A program made the position numbers and the translations under genes. Positions 1-11,918 of a stretch of DNA of 64,000 bases are shown here, piece by piece. Location of the stretch: contig NW_026515691.1 in the NCBI RefSeq assembly GCF_025526975.1, positions 434,001-498,000 of the forward strand, in the 5' to 3' direction. The notes beneath the pieces are model-generated. The model saw only the letters and a program-made list of their open reading frames with translations, was not told where the DNA came from and searched no databases. Source of the stretch: Fimicolochytrium jonesii. Its lineage: Eukaryota. Within the stretch, counting starts at the first letter, position 1, and each line of letters begins with the position of its first letter.

Positions 1-124
1 ACGACTCAACGCTCTGAAGGCTCTGAAGGACGTTTTCGCACGGAATTGGGCATGTACAGTAGAAAGCATTAGAAGCTCAGCTGAACGCAGTCCGTCGACG
101 ACAGCCACCAGGCCTCCACCAGCA

Positions 125-964
125 ATGTCCGCCGACGTCAGGAAACTCCTCAAACAGGCCCGTGCAGCACGCTCGAACCCAACCTCCGCAACGGCTCGCA
201 AATCGAACCCAACGCCTGTACGCCATGCCCCACCAAAAACAACAGTAAACTCACGAAAACGGCCACCAACAGAAACACCCGTCACCGCAACATCTTCATC
301 ATTCGCCGCCACTCAGAAACATAGCGCTAAGCGGCGGAAAACTGAGGTGGCGGGATCGGAAGGTGGATCATTAGGGGACAGTGGGGGGGCGACGGCGACG
401 GGGAACGAAGACGATTCTACGACGGAAACCGCAGTGCTCCCGCCAGGGTTCTTCGACACCACCTCCGATTCCCCATCACCACCTAAATCAGAGCACGAGG
501 ATGCACCGCCCCCATTATCCGACTCCACCTCCGCCCCATCCGATCCTCCAGCCCTCCCCTCCAACTTCTTCGACACACCCACGCCCGCTGCCACCTTCCT
601 CGCCGACTCAACTTTCAACGCCGAATATGAGGCCTTGAAAAAAGAGATCGAAGCTTCCACCGCCGACGCGCAGGATGCGGTGGTTGCGGAGGAGGAGGAG
701 GAGGGTGTGGATCGCGATGAGGAGATGAAAAGGGAGCAGCGGGCTTTTGTGGGGAGGTTGGAGGAGTTGAGGAGGGTTAGGGAGGGGTTGGCGTTGGGGA
801 AAATGGGAGCTGGTGTGGGTGGGAGTATAGTAGGGGCAGGGCCCGGGGGGAGGGAAGCGAAGGCAAGGAATGGGACGCAGACGATTGTGAGAAAGGCGTT
901 TGAGGATGAGGATGTCGAGTATGCTTACGATGATGATGACGATGACGAGGAGGAGGATGCGTAG
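125..964 (+). CDS. ZNF830/CCDC16-like spliceosome-associated coiled-coil protein (no zinc finger visible)
   Basis: 279-aa ORF; N-terminal MSADVRKLLKQ, two LPxxFFD motifs (LPPGFFD, LPSNFFD), then a coiled coil and an acidic tail, as in the ZNF830 family. Confidence 0.65.
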   Translation: MSADVRKLLKQARAARSNPTSATARKSNPTPVRHAPPKTTVNSRKRPPTETPVTATSSSFAATQKHSAKRRKTEVAGSEGGSLGDSGGATATGNEDDSTTETAVLPPGFFDTTSDSPSPPKSEHEDAPPPLSDSTSAPSDPPALPSNFFDTPTPAATFLADSTFNAEYEALKKEIEASTADAQDAVVAEEEEEGVDRDEEMKREQRAFVGRLEELRRVREGLALGKMGAGVGGSIVGAGPGGREAKARNGTQTIVRKAFEDEDVEYAYDDDDDDEEEDA

Positions 965-1572
965 GAATTGAGAAAGGAATCGGGATGCAACATGCTCATG
1001 CTATGGTTGTAAACCCGACTCCTGTCGTTCAATTCGGCATGGGACACGGCCCTAACACACCCCTCGGAATCCTGTACCTACAATGGGCTTCTGAAGATGA
1101 ATATGATCTATGTGGGGTACGCGGACAAGCCGTGAGGCTTATCCCATCAAATCATGCTGATACACAATTATCGAGAATGCGAGCTAGATTGAAAGTTGGT
1201 GCAGTGTGTGGATGCAGATACGATAGATATGTATATACAGAGGAAATGATGCTAGCGCAGCGACGAAAATCCGCCTTCCAGAACCCCCTCCCTAACAACC
1301 ATCGCTGCGAGGGTAGCGATACGCCAAGCATGAACGTATCTGAAGAGATTCCTGTCGCTCAACACCCCCGCCGTTTCTGTGCCCTCGATCCAAGCTCAGC
1401 CCATTCCATCCCGTCCCCATTCTCTCTTGGTCTATCCCTAACGCCCCGGTGGTGGACAAAACCGAACAGAGCTGAATACACTCCGCCTCCCCAATTCACA
1501 AGTTCCGTCGGATGGTCGTTGCAAGTCAGGGAAAGGATCGCAAGGCGTGACGTTATCTTTTCGGGTGTTTGT

Positions 1573-1810
1573 TTAAGCGGCAAGAGGCGAGATCAGACGC
1601 AGGAAGTTGGGGCGGGGGGATGAGCGGGTGAAGCCTGCGGTAGGACGAACATATATCAGAATTAGCATTGGCATTGCAGTCGAGGGAACTCTGGTGTGAT
1701 TTGCAAGAACACTTACCAAGGTAGAGGATAAGCGGAATGTAACCGATATGGACGACCTTGCGGCCCCAGTTGAGGACCTTCATGATGCGGTCGCGGGTTT
1801 CTTCGTGCAT
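1573..1810 (-). CDS. TOM7: Mitochondrial import receptor subunit Tom7
   Basis: Exons 1810-1717 and 1634-1573 (GTAAGT...CAG intron) splice to MHEETRDRIMKVLNWGRKVVHIGYIPLILYLGFTRSSPRPNFLRLISPLAA*, matching the Tom7 signature HxGxIPxIxYLG. Confidence 0.92.
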
Positions 1811-2066
1811 ATTGGCGGGGGTTGCGGTTGTCAAGAGGGTGGTGAGGGTGGTGAGGGTGGGTGGAGATGGAAAAAGGTCGGGGGTTGAAGTCGACAACTT
1901 GGCGGAACCTCGGTCTGCTCCCTGCCACCCTGGCCTCTTCGCACTTTCTGAGTTCTCGCCTGTCCGATTTTCCCGTTTTTCACACTTCGCCCACCTCACA
2001 CCTCGGCGACCCTAGTTGAGCACACCCACAAAAGACCTATCCATATCTCAATATAAAACCACAGAT

Positions 2067-3913
2067 ATGCTTTCAAACTACACCCACGACGACCCCAACG
2101 ACCCCGCCTCCAAACCCACATCCCCATCCCAATCCTTCGACACCCTCAAACAACTCAGCCAAACCCACCACCCAAAAAAGCAATCCCCATCCCCACCCTC
2201 GAAACACAAATTCTTCTCCGACTTTACAAACTCGTCACCGGGGGCTGGTAAAACGACCACGACCACGTCGTCGCCTTCGTCTTTGTTTGGGTATAGACCT
2301 GCATCACCGTTGGGGATCTCGGGGGGTGCGTTGGAGGATGAGTCGCCTCCGTTTTCGGAGTCGTCTATGGAGCTGGATGACGATCACCCAATTAAAAATG
2401 AGTATAATGGGGCGGATCACAACGGGGTGAATCAGAACGATCCAGACGTGGGCGTGATTTCGTCGTCGTTCCAGTTTTTGAGCGACGAAGGAAGCGGGAC
2501 GAGGGTTTTGAGGGACGATGAGTTTTCGGCGTTTGATGAGCGGGGGATTTTGGGTGGGCCTTCCATTCTGTTTGAGGCGGGAGAGGGGGAGAATACGTAT
2601 CCGGAGGAGGAGGAGGAGAGGGGGAGCGGAGAGAAGGAGCGGAGTGGGTTGGGGGACGGGCGGGACGAGGATGTGAGAGTTGAGGATGTGAGGGGGGATG
2701 CCTTTGTCGGAGAGGATGGGGTTGAGGAGGTGGTTGTTTTGCAAGAGACCGTGAGGGAGGTGCTGATCGAGACTGTGGAATTGGAGCACGAAGTCGCCAT
2801 GGACGCACCATTCACCGAATTCGACGACCTCGACAATCTAGACGGCGATGACGAATCAAACTTAACCCACTCCCCAACCCTCCAACACACCCTCGACCAA
2901 TCCACCACCCATTTCTCCCTGCACCCCAACGACTCCTACACCGCCTTCCTCCAAGAATGCGACACCCCGGCCTTCCGCAACGCCGCACGCCGCCAGTTGC
3001 TCTCCCCACTAGGGTCCACCTCCCCATCACCGTTATTCCCTCTTCTCTCCTCCCCCCGCCCCGCGACGCTCGACGACCATATCAACCGCTACCGCCACGC
3101 TCTCGCGGAACTGAGGAAACTGAGGGAGTTGAGAACGGCGTACGAGCGCGCGTATGGCGAGGACATGGGCGATCTGCAGTGGTATGATCTGGACCGCGTG
3201 AGGAGGGGCGCGTTGGGGAAGGTGGCGGAGTTGAGGGATTTGGAGGGGGAGATGGAGCGGTTGATTCGCAAGGTCCAGGAGGATGATGAGGTACACTTTG
3301 CCCCCTTTGTGTCCCTACCTGGTTCTCGTCCATTTTTTAACATCGAGAAATTTCATAGGCAAAACACAAACCAGCCCTCCAGCACATCGCCGCCCACTCC
3401 CTAACCCTGGACGCGAAACAAGCCGAGATCGAGTCTCTGGAAGCCAAACTGGCGCGTAAACGCCGCCGGCAGCACTGTCGCGAGAACGAGGTTGTCCAGC
3501 TGCGGAGAGATGTGCGGGAGATGCAGTCGGCGGTGCAGGTGCTTGTGGATGAGGGGGGGCAGAGGATTGCTGCTTTGGTATGTTGTGGGGGTTTTTGGTG
3601 AGAGATGGCATGGGCGGGTTATCATGAGGTGGTGGCTAACGATAACCGAGTGACAACAGAATTTACCATGGCCGGCCCTCTACGTCTTCTGCGCCGTCGG
3701 GCTGTTCATCTGTGCTATCATCATGTAAGCCCCCCCTCCTGTGCCAAATCACACCCTCCACAGCGCACTCATCTCCTCACACTCATTTGCAGAGAAATGG
3801 CCGTCCTGCCGATGTATCACCAACGGCACTCTCGACCTAGTGCTCAGGGAAGACCGCTGGCACCCGAGTGTGCCGCGGGGCCGTGGGCGCGTTGGACTGG
3901 GGAGGCGTCATGA
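2067..3913 (+). CDS. Hypothetical protein: low-complexity N-terminus, coiled coil and C-terminal transmembrane helix (multi-exon)
   Basis: Long first exon (ATG 2067 to donor near 3290); later exons give a coiled coil, a hydrophobic PWPALYVFCAVGLFICAII segment and a short tail ending at TGA 3911-3913. Confidence 0.55.
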
Positions 3914-4467
3914 ACATAACAGAAAGTGTGGGATCACTGTGTATAATATGTGGGGAAAGGTGGGATGTTAGTGTACGTAATGTGGTGTGTGTGTGGGGAG
4001 GGATATCAGGAATCGAATATAATATACCCCTTTTATACTTCCCCGGGGTCCGACATATCGGTATGCTGTCAATCGTCCAATTGTTGGGCAGACGATGTCA
4101 GATTACCTGCCACGCCCAACATGGCAAGAAGTGCGAAGAATGCGGAACCGTTATACCAGTTCTGCCATTGCAACCGCAACTCGTGCGACCGCTTGATGTC
4201 GACAAGGTGGGTCCCCTCATATTACCAAAATAGCACCAAACGGTAAGCGTCGACAACGGTTCGGACCAGTTCGGTCGCTGGGCCACTTATTGGGGAATGG
4301 AACGGAAGAGGCGCCCACGGAAAAGACATCACAACCGGCGTACCCTTCTCAAAACACATGTATATGTAAATATAAAGCTAAGCGAAGTACAAATGTGATG
4401 TGGATGGCCGGGTGCCACGCCAAGCCTAGCCTTCCACGCAGGATTACTGTCTTCTGCACGGAATAGT

Positions 4468-4500
4468 TTAGGGTTAGGGTTGAATAACCTTAATACCTAA
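4468..4500. repeat. Interstitial telomere-like TTAGGG repeats within an imperfect inverted repeat
   Basis: TTAGGGTTAGGGTT-GAAT-AACCTTAATACCTAA. Confidence 0.6.
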
Positions 4501-5414
4501 TTCACACTCAGCGTGTTCTTCAGTAGCTGACGACACAGAGCTTTTGCAGAGCTCTTATGTAAGCGATGATGGCACTCGTTCGAAACGACCGAGCTTCATA
4601 GTGGATAAACACGTCAGCATCTTCAACATCTCGAAATTGCGGACGTAGCAATCGTCACAGAACATCTATACAACCCTTCTAGACGATTCAGATAGCCTTC
4701 AGGACACCCAGGACAGCATCCACCGTAAATCCTGAAGCCCGTAGTGCGCTATAGCCGAAAAGCGCCCACGTATAGGTTATTTACATACTAGAACGACCGA
4801 TACGTCGGCTAAGTCACCCTTTTGCGCTGGATGGTTAAACAAACCTTTTTGACTCACTGTTTGCCATACATACCTTACTCTTGCGGTCTATCAACTCTGG
4901 AGAGTATACGTTCAACGGTCGATACGTTATCGACATAAACGCGCTTTTACTAGTAGCCAATTAGTAGCACGCGCATGGACCGGGAATCTATAACTGTTAT
5001 TCGATCCTCTTCAAACTCGGAAATCTCGTAGAGTACGCCGAGCTTGTAGACTTGTGAAAGTTTCGGACGGATTCGACCTACGGCTATGGAGATATCGAAT
5101 TTGGAAGTTTTCGTTGCCAAATAACGTAACCCCATACCAAAGCTATCGCAGTTTTGGTCGAAACGACATCCGTTGAGGTTCTTCTCGATCCAGAGAACTA
5201 CCGTACAATTACGCTGCAAGATTCAAGAGGTTTCGATCACGGCAAGCGGAGATATACGCGTCACCGCGTTCGGATAATAGCTGTTTAAATGAAAACAGGC
5301 TATTAGGAAACGTACCTCAATTTTCGAGATATTGGACGGCACAACCTCGACCGTGCATAAGTGGACACCCACAGCACGGTGTAGACGGGACGGACACTCA
5401 AGTTGCCGGGGCAC

Positions 5415-6806
5415 ATGCATACAACGATGACCAGCAAGGCAGCAAAAGTCTCAGTGCACAGAAGATGCACACTGCTTGACTTACTTCACGAGCATGAGCC
5501 GTGGGGAACGACAGACAGTGACCCCAAGCGTCCGTTAGAGATTCTGGCCAGCTGCTTAGCGACATTCATATCATGGATGCGAGACCGACAGCCTATAGCT
5601 GTGTGCATACAGACCGACACCGCAGTAGGCTGGAAACTCACAGTGTGCGCACAAACGACAGACAACGTAGAGCACCCCGTATCACTTGATGACGCAATAC
5701 AGAGGCTGGCACAGCTTGAGTACCCACAGGCTGGACATCTTGCAGCTACAAGCAAAGAGGCCGCCGAGCTCACACGCCGATTGCTAGACCTTATGAGATC
5801 TGCCGGAACACTCTTTAGCGTGCACATACCCGAGCTGAAGCAAAACAAATGCAGGACGCATTTCAGATGCACAAGGAGATCGCTAGACCCCAAAGACTGG
5901 ATGGCTAATGAGGACAAGCGCAATGCCTCTGTCGAGTGGCTACGATGCCGACCAGAGGAGTGTGAGCGCTGCCCGGTCCTTGAGAGACTCAAGACAATGC
6001 CTGCCGTGGTCAACACCAACGACGCTCTTGAAGCTGCACATGAGGCGCGATGCGTAGGCATCGGGGGAAAGACCACCACCACTATTGGTAGGGACTTGGA
6101 GATGATATGCACGCTACGATGGGCGGTAGTCTCATTTCTCAAGCTAATGGACGTACCACCGTGTGCCAGGTTCATGGCAGGCATCGGGTCGATTGCACGG
6201 TCAACATACGTGGGCGAACATGAACGCGTGGAGCTGGGGACAATAGGCACGATGCTCGACGCCCACGCAGAGCACCTGGACGAAAACGCCATCATCACGC
6301 TGCTGACGTACGAACGTCGCCGGCTTGACGAGATGCCAGCGATGCACACCGGATGCCCAGCTCAAGATGTAGACAACAACACCCCCGTAACGTTAGCGGT
6401 ACACCAACACCCTGAGATCGTAGCATGGTCCGCGCTCTGTGGATTCGACGCTCGGGGAGAACGACAACCAACAATAGTAGTGTCACAGTCCCCATGTGTA
6501 ATGTGTGAGATATGGTGCGACGCCGAAGGCGTGCGACTTGTGAACGCGCCTAGTAGCGATCTTGGGCACCCCGTAAATCACACGTGGATGTTCCCATCGC
6601 ACCCCCACGCCAACCTCAGTCGCACCATGAGACGCATCACACAGGAGGTAGAACACAGCATACGCCAGCATGCGTATTTTGATACAAAAACCGCGTACTC
6701 GAGATACACAGATGCAGACAATAATTTTGAAGACGAGCTCACAGGCAAGCACAATACAATGGCTGGTTTCAACAGCATCATACAGAGAACACGGCCGGAT
6801 CCATAG
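5415..6806 (+). CDS. OTT_1508-like nucleic acid/nucleotide deaminase (intronless)
   Basis: About 463-aa ORF with HPE (HxE), IVVSQSPCVMC (PCxxC) and a downstream H..W.FP motif; the N-terminal LAxxL...AV...LxV motif is typical of fungal OTT_1508-clade proteins. Confidence 0.75.
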   Translation: MHTTMTSKAAKVSVHRRCTLLDLLHEHEPWGTTDSDPKRPLEILASCLATFISWMRDRQPIAVCIQTDTAVGWKLTVCAQTTDNVEHPVSLDDAIQRLAQLEYPQAGHLAATSKEAAELTRRLLDLMRSAGTLFSVHIPELKQNKCRTHFRCTRRSLDPKDWMANEDKRNASVEWLRCRPEECERCPVLERLKTMPAVVNTNDALEAAHEARCVGIGGKTTTTIGRDLEMICTLRWAVVSFLKLMDVPPCARFMAGIGSIARSTYVGEHERVELGTIGTMLDAHAEHLDENAIITLLTYERRRLDEMPAMHTGCPAQDVDNNTPVTLAVHQHPEIVAWSALCGFDARGERQPTIVVSQSPCVMCEIWCDAEGVRLVNAPSSDLGHPVNHTWMFPSHPHANLSRTMRRITQEVEHSIRQHAYFDTKTAYSRYTDADNNFEDELTGKHNTMAGFNSIIQRTRPDP

Positions 6807-7265
6807 TACCGCATGACAGGCGAGGAGATACCGTAGGCCATGGCAACCAACGCACAACGCACGCCTACGCGCTGCGCCCCGTAGCACGCCGGCATGCCAA
6901 GGCGGCGAGGCATGAGCAGCAGCACTGAGCCTTGCCGCTCAGGCGGACGTCCAACGCGGCCTAGCAGTGAGGCGCACGCCGCGCAGCCACTCCCGCACGA
7001 TGCCGACACGCTCAGAGATTTACACCGCCATTAGACCGAATGTTTTTACCGATTTACCGAATAGACCGTCTGCGTTCCGACCGCTGAGCTGCATGCAGAC
7101 CCATCCATTGATTCCATATCATAGCAAAATAGGGCGACCCATGAATGATTACTGATCGAGAAAAGACTTGAAATGGGGCAAAATAGTACAGGGAAAAAGG
7201 GGGAAAGCATAAAGCGACAAAAAAGGATGGGGGAGCTGAAGCCAGACTTTCCAGAGTCTGCAAAT

Positions 7266-9210
7266 CTATGTGGTAGTTTGTTCCATGCCTACATATCTAT
7301 AGTCCAGATGTTTTGTGTGGGAGCTGGGTTTATGTAGCGGTGTGGGTGGTGGTTTATTTTCGGACGGATTTGGCTCTGTGATTGTGGGTGGATGTGTGAG
7401 GAACGAAGAAAGGGAAAGCATTGCAGGAAGGAGATTACAACACTCACTTGACCAACTCCTGATAATTGTTCTCCTCAATCTCCAACTGCCTCTTCATCTT
7501 CTCCAGCTCATCCGCCATCTGCGCCCTCTTCAACGCCAGCTGCTCCTCCCGCTCCCTCAACGACGCCTCCTTCTCACGGACCTTTGACACAAACACCTGG
7601 CGCATCTCGTCCTCCTTTCGCTGCATGTCCTCCGCCATCGCCCGCTTCGCCGTCTCGACGCGGGACTCGTAGTAGTCGTCGCTGGCGAGGAAGGATTCCG
7701 GGCGGCCTGAGGCGCGGATCTTGGAGCCGCGATGTGTTGCGTAGTGCACGCCGTGGGTGGTTTCGATGAGGTCTTGGAGATTGGTGCGGATGAGGAGTTC
7801 GCGGAGGTGGACGAAGTCGCTGTGCTTTTCGTTCTCGACTGGTGATTTCAAAAATGTTAGTTCACTTGTTGTATCCTTGGCTAGCTTCCTTCGACGGACT
7901 TGTTTTCTCACAACTCACCCTCGACGGATCCCCACCGGTATTTACGTCCGCGGACCCTTTGTCCGTTGACTTCCACCAGGTCGTCACTTCCAATAACGGC
8001 GAAAGGCATGTATCGCTCAAGCATGACAATGTTTTCGCGGTCCTCAGCGTGTGCCGTCGGGTAAATGTGGATTCCGTACTTCTCAAAGTCGCGGATGATC
8101 TGTTGACAGAGTATGCATGTGAGAACTGTCCGCTTGAAACACGAAGAATTTTCAAATTGACTTACAGCCTTCTTGAATGCCGACGTTTCTTCCGGAGTCA
8201 GGGTGTCCGCCCTTGCAATGACGGGGATCACATTCACGCGGGTGCACAACCGTTGCAGGAACTCGACGTCCAGATCCTTCAGACTGTGGGTACATCGTGT
8301 GGTTAGCTCTCTGCTGGACCGAACCATCGATCGCAAATTCCCGACGAGGACTTACCGGTTGTCTCCGGACGGGGTGAGAAAGTACAGAAGAGCGTGCACA
8401 CGGCTGTCCCGGATGTTCTTGCGCATCTCCTGGCTGCTCTCTGCCTGCAGGTACCTCTCATATTGCTCATCGATGTACTCAACGATGGGGTCGAAGCTAT
8501 TTCCGCAAAGAAATGGCGGTCAGAATTTGAACATCAACGACGGAAATCCCGCCTGCCTCGCAGTACGTACTTCGTCTCACGGTTAAGTTGGTCGCCGAAA
8601 CCGGGTGTGTCGATCACAGTCAACTGCAGTGTGACTCCCTCCTCGGTGAGCTCTGGAATCGGGAGAAGTACAGTTGAGTTACTCTGGGTCCGCCCCTTCA
8701 AAATATTCCCATAGTAGTATCCTCCAGCAACATACCGTAGGTGGTAGGGTCAATGGAAACGGTCTTGGTAGACGACAAGTTGCGTGGTCCAAGCTCCTCA
8801 GTCAAAGGTGCGTTGAAAAGCGTGTTCATGAAGGTAGTCTTTCCCAGCCCCGACTCTCCTGCAAAGACCGGGCCAGCGAAAACCGTCAGCCAAAACCCGT
8901 GGGAACCCTCCTCATTCTCGTCCTTTCTCCCACTCCCACTCGTTCCACAATTACGCACCAACAACCATAATGTTGAGACTGTAAGGACGGCGCTTCGAGT
9001 TCCTCACTCGCTGAGCGGGCAGCTCGGCCATGCCGAGGGGTTCTGTGAGCCTCGCCTGGACGGACCTGGGCAGCTTCCATGGTCCTGGGTCGGGGAAGCG
9101 ACCGCGGAACTGATGTGCGTATTCCTGTTGAAGAGAGTTGGGTGAGTGGCGGGAATGGATTGAGCGAGACGGCGGTTACGGCGGTTAAAGGGGCCGCTTA
9201 CCAAAGGCAT
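7266..9210 (-). CDS. Septin GTPase (multi-exon; last exon uncertain)
   Basis: GESGLGKTT P-loop, DTPGFGD, VHALLYF, ARAD G4 motif, RGRKYRWG septin unique element and a C-terminal coiled coil. Confidence 0.93.
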
Positions 9211-9389
9211 GTTGTGGGTGGTTACTCTGCCTTGCTACTGAGAGACGGTGAGTGTTGGTGGGAGTTGGTTGATCAGGCAGGGTGGGAATGTGCAAATTGG
9301 CCAAACCGGCGGCCGTCGCACGGTTTTCGCCCTTGGCCGCTCGCTCTGCTGCCCGCTCTCGCTCTTTGGCGCGTTTGGTCGCTGACTTC

Positions 9390-10400
9390 ATGCACCCACA
9401 GGGGCTTTACGAGGAAGTGAACGACCCGCTCCCTCCTCGAGTCCCTTCTGCGTCGACATTTGAAGCCTACCTTCGAGGACTCGCGGGAGGATATCGTCAG
9501 AGACCCACAGCGACATCGAACCCTTACGAGACCCAGCATATAGCCATGACCGCCGTTGTCCCACTCCCGCCTTTCCAGCCGTACGCAACCTACCAACCTG
9601 CAATAGACGTGCTAGGAAAAGGTTCCTCGCCAAACCGTGTCGTGAAGGAGGTACGGCCGGGAATGAGGGATCTGAACTTAAAAGTCACCGTCATCGACAC
9701 TTGTACGTTTCCTGCATATGATAAGAACATTTCCGTGCGCCATTTTGGTCCTATGATAGTGTCCATAGGCTGCCAGACGGCCATTACAATGCTTGGCGCA
9801 AGATGTCGACAGCCCCACGCGTTCTAATTCTACTACCACAGATTTCTTGGATAGGAGGGTGCCGCTGTCGATGTTGTGGGTGGGCGACGACACAGCTTCT
9901 ATTATACTAGTATCTCCAAGCAGACAGGCCTATGATTCAGTGAGACGAGGTGCGGATTGGCTGGGAAAAGTTTCTTCGAGTGGTGATTGGAGCTTAGTCG
10001 ATTTCTTTTCTTCCATGCGGATAGGAGATATGCTGGAGCTATTCAATGTGTGCGTATTAGCCCTTGGGCCTCGCATGGGACATGAGGAAGCCTGGGGTCC
10101 ATCTCGCCTAACCTTACCGGTCACATTTTCAGGGAGACACGATTGATCAAAGGCGTCATGGAGCTGAATACAGGGAAAGTAGGTCGCATTGAGCGGTACT
10201 CGGAGTAAGTCGTTGGGAAGAGGAGGTCCGTCTGTGTCAGGAACGGACTATTGATCCCGGCGATTGCGTGAACAGAGACCTGCAATCGTTTACTCCCGAA
10301 CCCAATATGAGCCACATGCACTGGCGGCAGGATCCTAATAGCAGGGGCGGATGGGTATGTGTATTATGGGTCGTGGCATGCCGAAGTTCGTGACACTGAA
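9390..10400 (+). CDS. SOSS complex subunit B / NABP-like OB-fold ssDNA-binding protein (multi-exon; ends approximate)
   Basis: Spliced segments VKEVRPGMRDLNLKVTVID, VGDDTASI, MRIGDMLELFN, KGVMELNTGKVGRIERYSE and EPNMS follow the NABP1/2 OB-fold pattern in order. Confidence 0.7.
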
Positions 10401-11918
10401 AGATCGATTTCGGCACTTGTCCGACAGATCTCGATCGAGCCCGAAGTCAAAGCGAAATACTGGGTAAGATGCCCCCTTCCTCGCCATGCTCTGACTCACA
10501 TGGCTGTTCAGGAATGACGGCATTTACCCATTCGCTCTCTCCGATTTCTCCAGTACCAACCAGCGGAAGACAAATCCGTCCCAGCACGCATGCCAGGAGT
10601 CATTCCTTCTGGCCCCCCGCCCATGAACATGAATGTCCGACCGCCACCTGAAAAGCGGCCGAGACATGTTTGATTGAAGAGCTGCGAAATTTTGGTACAA
10701 CTTCGTATGTGGTCAATGTTTCGGTTTGCTAAGGAGTTCAGCTGCTATTGGGCAACGCCAAAGCTGGATGTTGACTCGTCGGCATGCGCCGCCCCGATCA
10801 CTTCCGAAGGTTGCTGGCACCTTTACTACTGTCGAGAGTCGCTAACCTCCGATACTGAGTAATTTTGGCGATTGGCATCGCTCCGCACGATTATCAGAGG
10901 AGCCACGGACGCCTTTTCATCCAAGCCTAGATGGGGAATAATAAGGCGAGCGTCTTGGATACTTCCAACACCGCGATCCCCACCGGTCCGGGTTCTTTGG
11001 AGGCGGTGTGCTCACCCACGATAGGGCACGTCACGGCGGCTTTCTGTACGGATCCTGGGTTCGCTTGCCCGCCGAGAGTACTTTCGCTCAAGCACCTACC
11101 AAATGGGGATTCTTTGAGCGTATCGAATGATGGTGGTAGAGCATATCATGCATCGCAATGGTATCAGGGTGTAGGAGTCGGCATGTCCATCCAAATGCAC
11201 ACGATTCTAGAGAACATAAGTGGAAAGTTGCGGTGTACCACAATATGTAATGAGGTTAATAAACGAAGCCGTCGATCATTAGCGCGCCAATGTTCTTCCG
11301 ATATGAACGAAAAACACATGCCATCGACTTGAATGCACAAGGCCATCGCTTGCCCCCGTCTTCCATCTAAAGAGGGATCGCGAAACGTACTGTCCTATCC
11401 CCCAACCCTCCTGTGATCCCTTTCATCCCTTCCCACCAGTCGCAGGTTCGAAATACTACTTGAAAGGTCAGAGTGCCCTACGTCCGAGTCCTTGATGGGT
11501 GCCTTTCCACCGCCCCGCAAAGGAACAGAATCTGACGGTGTCCAGCAAGGATTTAGGAGGTCCGCATGGACGCTCAAAATCCCTGCGTTTACATGTCATC
11601 AGGGTAATAGAGCAGTTTGACAGCGCGTAACCTGTCATTTTAAGTTTCTGACCGTGTGCTTTATCATCAGGGAGTCTGCGTCTGGCTTTCAGGTGTGCAG
11701 CTCGGTAGGACAGGCGCCTATTTCTCTTTTGGATACCGATAGAACTTGAATCATAAGCCTCCAATTTCCATTTGAATTGTACACCAGTGCGCTGCCACCC
11801 TGCTCGTCGATAAGGCAAGTCAAACTCCCCCCATGAGTGCATCATTCCCGAGAAAAGCCGCTCAGGTTCCGTTGTCTCCGAATGTTCTTTGTGAACCATA
11901 TAGACACACAAGGCACCA

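Noticed and set aside
985..1623. 212-aa plus-strand ORF
   Set aside because: Spans the 3' flanks of two convergent genes and overlaps TOM7 antisense; no recognisable domain
4387..4408. Similarity (GTACAA..TGATGTGGATGGC) to the Fanzor 3' region at about 59723-59741, suggesting an ORF-less omegaRNA copy
   Set aside because: Only about 13 contiguous bases match, which is expected by chance in a 64-kb self-comparison; the flanking stems are not shared
5486..6349. 287-aa minus-strand ORF, and similar long antisense ORFs at 21837-22679, 45001-45702 and 62416-63171
   Set aside because: Antisense shadows of better-supported genes, with no motifs of their own
7118..7145. hAT-like terminal inverted repeat at the right edge of the deaminase cassette
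   Set aside because: I could not find a matching inverted copy or an 8-bp TSD on the left side
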